A stretch of DNA of 64,000 bases, from NCBI GenBank assembly GCA_903825415.1, contig CAIKAN010000028.1, positions 3,474 to 67,473 on the forward strand, given 5' to 3'. The DNA is from an uncultured bacterium. GTDB lineage: Bacteria; Patescibacteriota; Minisyncoccia; Phycocordibacterales; PALSA-1337. A program made the translations under genes and the position numbers. This document shows positions 16,357-26,878 of the stretch, one piece after another. The notes under the pieces are model-generated. The model did not search any database. It was not told the DNA's origin and saw nothing but the letters and a program-made list of their open reading frames with translations. Every line of letters begins with the position of its first letter. The stretch's first letter is position 1.

Positions 16357-17457
16357 TCAAATGAAAGTGATCTTCACTATCTCCGCCCTTGTCCCTACTC
16401 GTAGCGGCGGTCCCCAAGTGCCTGCACCGCTTGAAGTATAGACCTGCATTTTGCCGTAGCTGTGAAGCCCATAATCGTATCTTCTATATATCCACTTGGT
16501 GATGAAATTTAAGGGAAAGATCTGGGCGCGATGGGTATGTCCAGAGAGCTGTAGAGATATGCTGTGCTTCTCGGCGATGCTGAGAAGATCTGGTCGATGC
16601 TTGAGAAGTATTGAAGGTTCTCCATCATCTATATCTAGCCCCGCCAAATTATCTTCGAATCGCTTTGTTTTCGTCGAATCCTTGTCATTGACTCCTATGA
16701 TACGCAGTCCATCCAGATTCACAGCTTCATTGGCTAGGACATGGATACCAGCGCCACGTATGGCATCAGTGAATCTATCGCTGCTGCGGAATTCTTCATG
16801 GTTTCCGGTGATGAAATATGTGCCGAATGGGGCGCCTATCGTGGAGAGAGGGAAGATGATATCTTCGACATCGACCTTGACCCCATCATAGAGGTCTCCA
16901 CCGATGAAGACGATATTGGGATGCAGGCTCTTGATCATATCGGCTATCTTTTTCGCGAAGGCTTTGCCGCGGATCTGTCCGAGATGTAGGTCACTTACGA
17001 AGACGGCTGTCCTATTCTTCCAAGATAAAGGCAGATTGGGTATGGTTATAGAAATCTCTTTTTTGTATATATGCTTGGCATGGATCATCCCGTATATGGT
17101 CAAGACTGCGGAGATACAGATGAGGAAGATGCCGAATGATGACGGATTTGATCCAGGAGAGAAGATATTGCTGAGGGCAAAAGCGATGCTATATAGAAAG
17201 GAAGAGATGAATAGATAAGCGGATAGCCCGAGCCATATCGATGATGCTAGATATAATTTCCTTGAAGTCGCGCTATTAACGAAGCTTATCAGGAGAGATG
17301 AATATATGAAGCTGATCCAGAGGATGATGAATATCGCGCGTAATGTCCAAATCAGAGCAGGAGATTGGATAGCGAATATGCTGACGAACATGGCGTATAT
17401 GATCAAATGAAGCAGTGCTAGGAATGCTGTCGCTATGAAAATAAAGAGGATGATCAT
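16357..17457 (-). CDS. membrane-anchored metallophosphoesterase (YkuE-like)
   Basis: SDLHLG, GGDLYD, GNHE and GHTH motifs. The sequence puts it on the minus strand (CAT at 17455-17457, TCA at 16357-16359) although the ORF track labels it +. Confidence 0.92.
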   Translation of the reverse strand: MIILFIFIATAFLALLHLIIYAMFVSIFAIQSPALIWTLRAIFIILWISFIYSSLLISFVNSATSRKLYLASSIWLGLSAYLFISSFLYSIAFALSNIFSPGSNPSSFGIFLICISAVLTIYGMIHAKHIYKKEISITIPNLPLSWKNRTAVFVSDLHLGQIRGKAFAKKIADMIKSLHPNIVFIGGDLYDGVKVDVEDIIFPLSTIGAPFGTYFITGNHEEFRSSDRFTDAIRGAGIHVLANEAVNLDGLRIIGVNDKDSTKTKRFEDNLAGLDIDDGEPSILLKHRPDLLSIAEKHSISLQLSGHTHRAQIFPLNFITKWIYRRYDYGLHSYGKMQVYTSSGAGTWGPPLRVGTRAEIVKITFI

Positions 17458-17613
17458 AGGTTTGTTGAACGGTCTATACCTCTATCATATCATGTACTTC
17501 TTACACATGCGGCTTGTTAATGCTTTTTAACATTTACGGCTTCTTGCTTTATCAGTCAATGGGGAGTAGAATCTGAATAGGAACATAAAATATCATTAAT
17601 ACATAATAAATAT

Positions 17614-19614
17614 ATGAAGAAATACATCATTCTTTCAGTTTTTGTATCTACCTTGCTGGTGGCCGGATCGCTAATGGCCGTTCCAGCCCATGCGCAAGAA
17701 GCTTCTACAACTACTACGACTAGCTGCTATGCATTAACGAGAAATCTCGGTGAAGGCCGATCTATCAATTCTCAGGAAGCAGCGACTCTGGCCAAGGTCT
17801 TGAGCGATGCCGGTGTTTGGGATGCTGGGACTCCAATTACGGCATATACGGAAGAGGTCGCTTCAGCTGTTTCTGGATTCCAGCAAAAATATGCTTCTCA
17901 GATTTTGACTCCCAACAAGCTCACTTATGGCACAGGCTTTGTCGGTGCTTCGACTAGGGCAGAGATCAATAGTTTGTCAGGCTGTACAGTAACGAGCACA
18001 GCAGCTGATTCAAATGATACAATCGCTGCTTCCACGGCGAATATAGATCCCTATGCCTTCAGTGCCATGAATAGAGGGAATGGCGCAGCTCGATGCCCAG
18101 CGGGATATACCTGTACGCGTAAAGATGCGGCTCCGGCTCCCTTTGTTTGTCCAGCTGGATACACATGCAACCCTATAGGTTCCAAAGATAGTCAGCCTAC
18201 GAATGTGAGCCCTGTATCTGACTATACCAATAATTCATATAGTTATTCAAAAACATATTACTCCTCATCTATCGCATATCAGGGACCAACATTCACAACT
18301 GCTGACGGAGTCACTCTAGACACCAAGCTTGTCGACGCTTCGCAGGATAAGATCAGCGGCGATTTCAATCTAGGCGCTGGATTCGGCAATAGGAATCCGA
18401 ACGATTGGCATTGGTCCGCTTCCATCTCTTCTTCGCAAGCCAAGACGATCAGTACTATATTCATCCAGTCGAATACCGGTGGAGAGGGATGGTCGACTAC
18501 TGATAGCAACGCTTTGATGGGCAAGGTCTTGTATCCGATCAAGGTATTGCTCAATAGCTCTCCTTTGAACAGCTCGTATAATCAGAATTTCTCTTTGCCT
18601 TCTGGCCATACTTCATATGATCTATATGGACAACCAGAGACTACTCCTTTTGCTGGAGGGACTATCACCATTATTTTCTCTGATGGTACCGGCATAAGCT
18701 CAAATATACAGCCGTCTAGCATCACTCAATCATGGGCTAATATACAATCTACTCCGCCTATCCCGACTACTCCATATATCACCCCGATCAATCCGGTTAA
18801 CGCTTGTCCTACAGGATATAATTGTTCATCAACGACAAATAACAATTCAAACAATCAGACTCAGCTCTACATAAGCAGCATCAGTCCAGCCTTCGCAAGT
18901 TTTGCTGCCGGTCAATCAGGAACGTGGATAGTCAATAGCATCGATACCAAGCCCAATTACGGTGGCGTGTTATATTCAGCTGATTGGGGAGATCAGAGCA
19001 CGACTCCTGGACAATCCATCAATTCCTTCACTCATACGTATGCGAATCCTGGAGTCTATACTGCTACATTCACAGTGAGAGAGATCGTTTCGGGCATCAG
19101 CGTTCAAGCGACATCGGTCGTAAAGGTCGGAAATCCGGTACAAACTCAGACAGCCAAAGCTAGTCTTTCAGTCGATGCTTCGAATCCACCGACCGTCACG
19201 GTTGCCGTCTCAGATACTACCAACGGCCAATACCTAGCCTTGCCGATTTTGACCTTCGATATTAACTCACAGACGATGGCAGCTTTGAAAGCCGCGTCAG
19301 TACAGGTCACATCCTCACGGATATCGGCTGTAACGGCTGCATATCTCTATCAAGGCAGCAATCTGATCGCTTCAGCTTCGGTCTCTGGAGGCGTGGCTAG
19401 CTTCAGTAATATCAATGGCGTGAAGCTTCAGACGAATACAGCTACGCCATTCACAGTCAAAGTCGATATCTCCGGTATTCCGCCAAAAGATACATCGACA
19501 ACTGTTGTAGCCAGCGTCAGCTCTGATATGGTGACATTACAAGATACAAATGGCACTGCTGTGGTGCTATCTGGCAGCGTCTCGGGCAATACCATAACAG
19601 TCACCAATAATTAA
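17614..19614 (+). CDS. secreted/surface protein with peptidoglycan-binding-like and PKD-like domains
   Basis: Signal peptide; AVSGFQQKYASQILTP...GFVGASTRAEIN; CPAGYTC repeats; DWGD...HTYANPGVYT. Confidence 0.75.
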   Translation: MKKYIILSVFVSTLLVAGSLMAVPAHAQEASTTTTTSCYALTRNLGEGRSINSQEAATLAKVLSDAGVWDAGTPITAYTEEVASAVSGFQQKYASQILTPNKLTYGTGFVGASTRAEINSLSGCTVTSTAADSNDTIAASTANIDPYAFSAMNRGNGAARCPAGYTCTRKDAAPAPFVCPAGYTCNPIGSKDSQPTNVSPVSDYTNNSYSYSKTYYSSSIAYQGPTFTTADGVTLDTKLVDASQDKISGDFNLGAGFGNRNPNDWHWSASISSSQAKTISTIFIQSNTGGEGWSTTDSNALMGKVLYPIKVLLNSSPLNSSYNQNFSLPSGHTSYDLYGQPETTPFAGGTITIIFSDGTGISSNIQPSSITQSWANIQSTPPIPTTPYITPINPVNACPTGYNCSSTTNNNSNNQTQLYISSISPAFASFAAGQSGTWIVNSIDTKPNYGGVLYSADWGDQSTTPGQSINSFTHTYANPGVYTATFTVREIVSGISVQATSVVKVGNPVQTQTAKASLSVDASNPPTVTVAVSDTTNGQYLALPILTFDINSQTMAALKAASVQVTSSRISAVTAAYLYQGSNLIASASVSGGVASFSNINGVKLQTNTATPFTVKVDISGIPPKDTSTTVVASVSSDMVTLQDTNGTAVVLSGSVSGNTITVTNN

Positions 19615-19668
19615 ACGGGGGATACCTAGAGGCTTTACTTAAATCCGTTCCTGTTTTATATTGGACTA

Positions 19669-19983
19669 ATGAAACCAGATTTCAAGAAGATGGGTGGGCT
19701 TTTGCCAGCGATCGTTCAGGATTCCGAGACCAAGGAAGTCTTGATGCTCGGATTTATGAATGAAGAAGCTTGGAAAAAGTCTTTCGAGACCGGCAGGGTC
19801 ACATTCTTCAGCAGGACTAGGAATAAGCTCTGGACCAAAGGCGAGACCTCAGGAAATTTCCTTCTGATCAAGGAGGCCTTCTTGGACTGTGACGATGATA
19901 CCGTTCTCATAAGAGTCGAGGCACAAGGACCTACTTGCCATACGGGAAGCGCTTCTTGTTTCTTTAAGGCAATAAAAAAATAA
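19669..19983 (+). CDS. hisI: phosphoribosyl-AMP cyclohydrolase
   Basis: [30 protein letters not shown]. Confidence 0.96.
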   Translation: MKPDFKKMGGLLPAIVQDSETKEVLMLGFMNEEAWKKSFETGRVTFFSRTRNKLWTKGETSGNFLLIKEAFLDCDDDTVLIRVEAQGPTCHTGSASCFFKAIKK

Positions 19984-19984
19984 T

Positions 19985-20860
19985 ATGAAGAAGATCTTAA
20001 AATTGGGGATCCCGAAAGGAAGCTTGCAAGAAGCGACTATAGACCTGTTCAAAAAGGCCGGCTTCAATATCCGTATCAGCGAGCGGTCGTACAAGCCGAC
20101 CATCGACGATGATACTATAGAATGCCGTTTGATCAGGGCGCAAGAGATACCGAAATACGTCGAGCAAGGAGTATTGGATGCTGGGCTTTCCGGAGAAGAT
20201 TGGATTCAGGAGACGAGCGCTGATGTGCATGGAGTGTCGGAGTTGGTGTATTCCAAGACTGGATTCGGCAAGATCAGGCTGGTCATCGCCGTCCCTGAGA
20301 GCTCGTCCATCAAGAGGGTCGAGGATCTGGAAGGCAAGAGGATCGCAACTGAGCTCGTGAATGTCACGAAATCATATCTGAAGAAGCATAAAGTCAAAGC
20401 GGAAGTCGAATTCTCATGGGGAGCTACGGAAGTCAAGGTCCCTGAATTGGTAGATGCCATCTCTGAGCTCACTGAGACTGGCTCTTCTCTGCGCGCCAAT
20501 AATCTGCGTGTCGTCGATGTGGTCATGGAATCCAGCACGAAATTCATAGCCAATAAGGCATCGATCAAGGATGCTTGGAAGAAGCAGAAGATAGATGATA
20601 TGGCCATGCTCCTCAAAGGCGCCTTGCTCGCTGCTGGCAATGTCGGACTCAAGATGAATGTGAGCAAAAAGAATCTGGCTTCTGTCATCTCCATGCTCCC
20701 AGCCATGAAAGATCCGACGGTCTCCAATCTCTATGGTGGAGATTCGGTGGCGATCGAGGTAGTGATCGAAGAAAAGACGGTCAGGGATATCATACCGAAG
20801 CTTATCAAAGCGGGTGCGGAGGGGATAGTAGAGTATCCGCTGAATAAGGTCATCCGTTAA
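19985..20860 (+). CDS. hisG: ATP phosphoribosyltransferase (long form)
   Basis: [31 protein letters not shown]-terminal regulatory domain. Confidence 0.96.
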   Translation: MKKILKLGIPKGSLQEATIDLFKKAGFNIRISERSYKPTIDDDTIECRLIRAQEIPKYVEQGVLDAGLSGEDWIQETSADVHGVSELVYSKTGFGKIRLVIAVPESSSIKRVEDLEGKRIATELVNVTKSYLKKHKVKAEVEFSWGATEVKVPELVDAISELTETGSSLRANNLRVVDVVMESSTKFIANKASIKDAWKKQKIDDMAMLLKGALLAAGNVGLKMNVSKKNLASVISMLPAMKDPTVSNLYGGDSVAIEVVIEEKTVRDIIPKLIKAGAEGIVEYPLNKVIR

Positions 20861-20910
20861 AGCCCTTTTGCTCGATATAGGTAGAGCGGGTATCTGATAT
20901 AATCTCTGTT

Positions 20911-21639
20911 ATGACGACTTTCCAAAAAATATTCAATGCTACAGTTTTTGTTGTATTTGCTTTTATCCTCATAGGTGGCTTCATCTGGTACAGGCATGAT
21001 TCCGAAGTCCTGCAGGACGGTCACGATATTTCTGGAGCTGTATCGTCGTCTGGCATGGCCAATCAAAGTCCAACGACGGTGCCTGTAAAATTGAGCCATC
21101 ATGATATCAGCATGAACTCTCCCTGGGGGGCTGAGATGAGCTATAAAGGCGGAAAGGGTATCGGCCAGTACACTTTCGCTAGTGGAGCCAAGATGGCGGT
21201 ACTTGTTTACAAAAATGGCCCGAGGGAGCAGATAGAACAGGATACTAGCCTTACTGCTTCTGAAAAAGAGAGCTATGAGCCCCTGTTCCAGCTGCTTTCA
21301 TCTAAATTCGGCCACGATTTTACTTCGTATGAGTTTTTGCGATTAGTCATGGAAACAAAGCAAAAGGATATCGATGATGCAACGTCTACTATGGCGAGAC
21401 AGGGTTATGCGAAAGCGCTAGAGCTCAAGCCAGATCTTCTATTCGGATCTGATTCACCTTTCAAATTCGCCAACAGGAGCGGTGGCGGATTCATTTACAT
21501 GACCAAGGATTATTCAGTGCCCATAGGACTCGATTATTTTGATAAGAATGATGATAGGTTCACTTTCATGTTCCCAAGGATGAAAGAGATAACAAAGCCA
21601 GATATAGAGATCATGATGAATTCTGTGACAGGCTTATAG
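20911..21639 (+). CDS. hypothetical membrane-anchored protein
   Basis: 242 aa ORF with an N-terminal TM helix. Confidence 0.7.
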   Translation: MTTFQKIFNATVFVVFAFILIGGFIWYRHDSEVLQDGHDISGAVSSSGMANQSPTTVPVKLSHHDISMNSPWGAEMSYKGGKGIGQYTFASGAKMAVLVYKNGPREQIEQDTSLTASEKESYEPLFQLLSSKFGHDFTSYEFLRLVMETKQKDIDDATSTMARQGYAKALELKPDLLFGSDSPFKFANRSGGGFIYMTKDYSVPIGLDYFDKNDDRFTFMFPRMKEITKPDIEIMMNSVTGL

Positions 21640-21855
21640 CGGTTGGGGGATGGAATGCTTTAGCTTGGATACGAAATAGCCTTATTTATAGGGCTATTAC
21701 AGCATACAATACTCTCGCGAATATACTTGACAAACGATACCAATATGTGCTAGTATACAAGCAGATCACAACAGCTTATTGAAAGACTCGCTCGTAGAGA
21801 GGGGTCAACAAATAAGTGGTAAAACGCCCAGTTGTGAACAACAAACCAGAGTTCT

Positions 21856-22482
21856 ATGAAATCAATTCGTCAATTCGTTCTCGCGGCGGTCTTTTCCGCC
21901 GCCCTGTCCTTCACCGCCATCGCCCAAGAAATTCCCACCGGGTCGTATGTGGCCCATCCCACTCCAGACGGCATCGGTGTCGTTTGGAACGACACCAATT
22001 ATTTGTCAGTCGAGTTCGGCACAAATATTGTCATGTCGTTCGCCGTCGATGGTGGGGAAAACTATGTCTGGGATCAGTCGGGGAAAGTGACAGGCACACG
22101 AGTGTTCGCTGACCCCAGTAAATGGTTAAAGTTCGCGTCGAACGTCCTGGCGGACTTCTACCTTTCCCCTACGGGGGACTGGTATGTCGAGAAGACCCCT
22201 TGGGTCTTCATGGGTAAATCCGTGCTCGTCGAGCACGGGGAGACACCCGATAGTCGCAGGGCTCTGGTTTTTGCCAGATCAAGCGACTATAAGTCCATTC
22301 CGCTCCCCGAATGGATGGGGCCGATTCCGAAGAAACTCGAGGCGGTGACAATCGGCCAGACCGACAGCGGGGACCTCTACTTCTTCCCCGCGACTGCGAC
22401 ATTGGATGGCAGGTTCATGCCGTCCGACGCGCTGCTGAAGCAGCTTGAAAAAGACAGAAAGGAAGTAGCCGGCGAAAAGTAG
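21856..22482 (+). CDS. hypothetical secreted protein
   Basis: Signal peptide ending AIA-QE; TTGACA promoter at ~21727; hairpin terminator at ~22505-22535. Confidence 0.75.
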   Translation: MKSIRQFVLAAVFSAALSFTAIAQEIPTGSYVAHPTPDGIGVVWNDTNYLSVEFGTNIVMSFAVDGGENYVWDQSGKVTGTRVFADPSKWLKFASNVLADFYLSPTGDWYVEKTPWVFMGKSVLVEHGETPDSRRALVFARSSDYKSIPLPEWMGPIPKKLEAVTIGQTDSGDLYFFPATATLDGRFMPSDALLKQLEKDRKEVAGEK

Positions 22483-22692
22483 CTTCGCGGAACTTGCGTT
22501 TCGAACCCCTCGGGCAATCCGGCCTGGGGGGTTTATTATTTATATGTAATGAAATACCAACTTACCATGGTCTATTGACATGTAGTCAGTGGAGAGGTAG
22601 CCTTAAAGTGAAGTGATCTTTGTCAAGGTCATTCCTAGTAGAAACAAAAACAGTATTTCTCGCGGAAGCGGGAACATGGAAGGAATAAATCT

Positions 22693-22884
22693 ATGAAGAA
22701 GCTGATAGCAGCTTATGACAGGCTTGATGCTTGGGTGGACAAGCGCCTGTCACGCAAACAGCAAGTCGTTCTCTCGGGCATCGCAATCCTCTTGTTTATT
22801 TGGGGGATTGTGGAGTTTAACAACTACACCAACCATCAAGCGGTTAAAGAGTACAGGCTTCACCATGAAAATAAAGCTGGGTAG
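22693..22884 (+). CDS. small membrane protein
   Basis: AAGGA SD-like sequence; one TM helix. Confidence 0.55.
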   Translation: MKKLIAAYDRLDAWVDKRLSRKQQVVLSGIAILLFIWGIVEFNNYTNHQAVKEYRLHHENKAG

Positions 22885-23437
22885 GATCATTGGCTCTGTT
22901 CTCGTGGTTGTAGTCGTCTCCATTGCAGTTGTTGCTGTGGGAACTGTTGCAGTTACTTGTGCCATAAGATGGTGCAGAACACTTGATAACTCACCATTAC
23001 CCAATCGTTTCAAGAACGACGACACGATGAGAGCACCAGCACCAGCAGGTACTAATGGTATTATGGTCTTGTCTCAAATCGGCCATTATTTCATTGTGGT
23101 CACAGATGAAGTCTCGCTTTTATCTGTAGACTTGCCACAGGTTCATCCAGTCGTTCAGATGACGATAGTGACCAATAGGGTCGTATTGTCTATGACGAAC
23201 GATGCCTCATGGCAAACGCCCGACCTCCAGCGGTATTTCGACAAGAACGGCTTTCCCGTCAATTCAGCTTGGGGTTCGGTGAGCGGCGATATGACTGTCG
23301 CCATTCAAAGGACTACCAACTTCATGTACTGGGAGACGCTCGCTTCGGGAGTGCCTATCTGGTTGAACAAGACCAACTTCTACCAGGACTTATCCGCTAC
23401 GAATGGCTCTTTTTACTTCTATCGGACAGTTCAATAA
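22865..23437 (+). CDS. hypothetical membrane-anchored protein with a C-terminal ...TNxxxW...D...FYR domain
   Basis: ATG 22865 in the frame of ORF 22715..23437; N-terminal TM helix. Confidence 0.7.
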   Translation: MKIKLGRIIGSVLVVVVVSIAVVAVGTVAVTCAIRWCRTLDNSPLPNRFKNDDTMRAPAPAGTNGIMVLSQIGHYFIVVTDEVSLLSVDLPQVHPVVQMTIVTNRVVLSMTNDASWQTPDLQRYFDKNGFPVNSAWGSVSGDMTVAIQRTTNFMYWETLASGVPIWLNKTNFYQDLSATNGSFYFYRTVQ

Positions 23438-23733
23438 CAATGAGCAATGATCTTGCTCGGCAGGGCGGCAGTGTATCGCCGCCCTTTTATAATACCCGGA
23501 AAATTTACGGTTTGTGCTTCACGTTAGAATTTACCCCCCACTCCTTGACAACCAATCCATACATGTTACACTCATGCGGTAACTCAATCTCACGGTTTTT
23601 CTTTTTAGGAGATACTCTTAAATCGTTCAAGTTAGGGCCTACAAGCTTTATCTAAAAAACTCTCAGACAACCGATTAGCATAACTACGGTATGAGGATTA
23701 AGTTATCGGACGAGAGTCCCTAAAAGAAATACT

Positions 23734-24978
23734 ATGTTCAGACAATCATCAGGGTCACATTTTCGTGCTGCTGGAAGCCATGCACCCGCAAGGTCTTTCA
23801 ATTATCGCGCACCGAAGCGCTCTTTCGGAGGGCGGGGCGGAGGGGGCAGGAATGGTAATAACAGGAATATGGGGGATCGTATAGATCCAGCCAGATTCGT
23901 GAATAAGGCGGTCATCACTGAGACGGCCGATCATTTCATTCCCGTGAATAAATTCCAGGATTTCAAGATCGATGAGACTTTGAAACAGGCTATTATTAAA
24001 AAAGGTTACATTGATCCGACACCTATTCAAGACAAGGCTATACCGCATGTCTTACAAAATGTAGATGTCATAGGCATTGCCAATACGGGTACAGGCAAGA
24101 CGGCGGCTTTTCTCATACCGCTAATAAATAAAGTTCTCCATAACAGGCAGGAACAGATCATGATAGTTGTGCCAACGAGGGAATTGGCGATTCAGATAGA
24201 CCAAGAATTCAAAGGCTTCGCAAAAGACCTGAAAATGTATTCAGTCTGTTGTGTTGGCGGCATGAATATCTTCCCGCAGATCAAGCAGCTGCGCTATTTG
24301 AATAACTTCGTGATCGGTACGCCAGGACGCCTCAAGGATCTTATAGACAGGAAGAACATAACCCTTTCGAAATTTAATACCATCGTTCTCGATGAAGCTG
24401 ATCGCATGCTCGATATGGGATTCATTCAGGATATGCGTGCCATCATGGCAGGAATGCCCAAGACTCGTCAGACGCTATTCTTCTCCGCGACGGTATGTCC
24501 AGAGATCGAAAAGCTCATCAAGGAGTTCTTGAAGGAGCCAGTCAGGATCTCGGTCAAGAATAGGGATACGGCCAAGAATGTCGATCAGGATGTGATCAGG
24601 GTCAATGTGGGCAAGAATAAATTCGACGTTCTGAGCGATCTTTTGAAACAAAAAGAATTTTGCAAGGTCCTTGTCTTCGGACGCACCAAGCATGGAGTGG
24701 AAAGGCTTTCCAAGCTGCTTTCGGATAGGGGATTCAAGGCGGAGTCGATTCACGGAAATAAGAATCATTCAGGACGCCAGCGAGCACTCAAATCATTCAA
24801 GGAAAATCAGATCCAAGTCTTGGTGGCGACTGATGTGGCCGCCCGCGGTCTCGATATACCAGACGTAAGCCACGTGATCAATTTCGATCTGCCAGCTACT
24901 TATGATGACTATGTGCATCGTATCGGCAGGACGGGGAGGAGTAATAAGATGGGAAAGGCGCTCACTTTTGTCGACTAA
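23734..24978 (+). CDS. DEAD-box RNA helicase
   Basis: PTPIQ, ANTGTGKT, PTRELA, DEAD, SAT, HRIGRTGR. Confidence 0.97.
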   Translation: MFRQSSGSHFRAAGSHAPARSFNYRAPKRSFGGRGGGGRNGNNRNMGDRIDPARFVNKAVITETADHFIPVNKFQDFKIDETLKQAIIKKGYIDPTPIQDKAIPHVLQNVDVIGIANTGTGKTAAFLIPLINKVLHNRQEQIMIVVPTRELAIQIDQEFKGFAKDLKMYSVCCVGGMNIFPQIKQLRYLNNFVIGTPGRLKDLIDRKNITLSKFNTIVLDEADRMLDMGFIQDMRAIMAGMPKTRQTLFFSATVCPEIEKLIKEFLKEPVRISVKNRDTAKNVDQDVIRVNVGKNKFDVLSDLLKQKEFCKVLVFGRTKHGVERLSKLLSDRGFKAESIHGNKNHSGRQRALKSFKENQIQVLVATDVAARGLDIPDVSHVINFDLPATYDDYVHRIGRTGRSNKMGKALTFVD

Positions 24979-24991
24979 GATTCTCAGTACC

Positions 24992-25149
24992 AGCAAGTTG
25001 GCGCATATCATTTTCTCTGCATTGGTTAAAATCGCCTCCGCCGACTGCATCCATATCTTGCCTTACCGGAGGCGGCAAGATATGGGCAATTGTAGTTTCG
25101 GCTCAATCGCATTAACCCATGCGAAAGAAACTACATTCACGAAGCTCGC
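24992..25149. repeat. palindromic repeat family A (~155 bp)
   Basis: Shares the core aaaatcgcct..ccatatcttgccttaccggaggcggcaagatatgggcaattgt with 44269, 59255 and 61685. Confidence 0.8.
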
Positions 25150-25216
25150 AGGGAGGAGCGTTTACACATCATTCGGAGATTCGGCCTGAAGCGTGTTAGA
25201 ATATGGCAAAACAATC

Positions 25217-26002
25217 ATGGCCAAATCGTTGAAAAGAGAGCAGAAGAACAAAAGGGAGGAGAATTGGCTTCATAGGCGCGTACATTGGCGATCCGCAGCT
25301 ATCGCTCTCACGATAGTTACAATAGCAGGAGTGCTCATCTTAAATAGAGGGATCACGATCATCATATCTAGCGATCAATATCCTACATACGCCTCTATGC
25401 CCATAAAGGAGATAGTTCGTGGCGATGCGACCAAAAAACAGGTCATCTTTACTTTCGATGGAGGAGATGGAGTGCAATCAGCAGATAAGATCATGACGGT
25501 TCTAGCGGAGCATAAGGTTACGGGCACTTTCTTTTTGACAGGAAAATTCGTCGAGAAGAATCCTATACTCGTGAGAAAAATGGCTTTATCGGGAAATGAG
25601 ATATTCAATCATACTTATGATCATCCGCATCTGCCGGAATTATCTGCCGAAGAGATCGGGCGTGAATTGGCGATGATGGATCAAACTACAGAAAGAGTGA
25701 GTCGTTATATTCCAAGGAAATATTTTCGTGCTCCCTATGGCGATCGTGATCAGAGGGTCTTGGCGGCCGCGCAGGCAGCAGGTTATGAATCGATTTATTG
25801 GACAGTCGATGCCCGCGATTGGCAAGAACCGGAGGGGGAGACTGATGCCTCGGTCAAGGCGCGTATCCTCTCGACCCTTGCTCCAGGAAATATCTATCTC
25901 ATGCATATAGGCGATAATATCACTGGCAATATACTCGATAGCGTTTTTACCGAGATCGAGAAGCGCGGATACAAGATCGTTTCTCTCACACAGGGGTTGT
26001 AA
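25217..26002 (+). CDS. polysaccharide deacetylase (CE4)
   Basis: FTFDGG, NHTYDHP, FRAPYG, LMH. Confidence 0.9.
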   Translation: MAKSLKREQKNKREENWLHRRVHWRSAAIALTIVTIAGVLILNRGITIIISSDQYPTYASMPIKEIVRGDATKKQVIFTFDGGDGVQSADKIMTVLAEHKVTGTFFLTGKFVEKNPILVRKMALSGNEIFNHTYDHPHLPELSAEEIGRELAMMDQTTERVSRYIPRKYFRAPYGDRDQRVLAAAQAAGYESIYWTVDARDWQEPEGETDASVKARILSTLAPGNIYLMHIGDNITGNILDSVFTEIEKRGYKIVSLTQGL

Positions 26003-26017
26003 TAGCTGGATTTTCTT

Positions 26018-26181
26018 CGCAGACGAAAGCGTAGGTTTGTCTTAGTTTTGGATCTGCGGGACTCGCGTCTTAAATTGCAAGGTTTTTCGGCTCGACGGAG
26101 CGACCAAAAAACCTAGCAATTTTACGACGCTCAAACACCGTCCTCGATCCAAAACTAAGACAAACCTCCGCTTTCGTCCGC
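26018..26181. repeat. long imperfect palindrome (REP-like)
   Basis: gacgaaagcg-aggtttgtcttagttttggatc ... gatccaaaactaagacaaacct-cgctttcgtc. Confidence 0.8.
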
Positions 26182-26227
26182 GGCACGGGTTTGCTCTTTA
26201 TCATTTGTTCACTTATAATCAAGCCCT

Positions 26228-26878
26228 ATGAATACAAAAAGAATCGTCTTCTGGCTCATATTCGCCGTAGTTATAATCTTGATAGTTTGGGGTCTCATCG
26301 TTGCTATGAATAAGCCGCCCAAAGGCAGCAGTTTTGGCATACCGGCGCCTGTGACTTTGGCTGATCATATCACTGGCCCTGCGAATGCTCCTGTTACTCT
26401 GATCGAATATAGCGACTTCCAATGTCCAGCTTGCGAGAATTATTATCCGGTCGTCGAAAGGCTCCTTTCGGAGAGTTCGACTACTCTACGTGTCGTCTAT
26501 AGGCAATTTCCTCTTTCACAGCATGCCAATGCTATGCCTGCCGCTATGGCCTCCGAAGCAGCTGGCGCGCAAGGCAAATTCTGGGAGATGTATCGTGAAT
26601 TATTCTCGAATCATACCGATTGGACCGAGCTGACAAATCCTACGGATGTATTCGTAGGCTATGCTACGAAGATCGGTCTCGATATCCCCAAATTCAAGGC
26701 TGATCTGGCTAGCTCGACTCTTCGAGATATCGTGAATGCCGATGAGCAGGAGGGTATATCTTTGGGAATCAATTCTACGCCCACATTCTTTGTGAATGGA
26801 AAAGTCCTCGTTAATCCGGAAAATTATGACCAATTTAAAGCCATTATTGACTCGGCCGCTCAGGCCAGTGTCCAATAA
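26228..26878 (+). CDS. dsbA: DsbA-family thiol-disulfide oxidoreductase
   Basis: EYSDFQCPAC, STPTFFVNG. Confidence 0.9.
   Translation: MNTKRIVFWLIFAVVIILIVWGLIVAMNKPPKGSSFGIPAPVTLADHITGPANAPVTLIEYSDFQCPACENYYPVVERLLSESSTTLRVVYRQFPLSQHANAMPAAMASEAAGAQGKFWEMYRELFSNHTDWTELTNPTDVFVGYATKIGLDIPKFKADLASSTLRDIVNADEQEGISLGINSTPTFFVNGKVLVNPENYDQFKAIIDSAAQASVQ

Noticed and set aside
16357-17457. ORF-track strand label '+' for the metallophosphoesterase
   Set aside because: The + strand begins TCA at 16357 and ends CAT at 17457, so the protein is encoded on the minus strand
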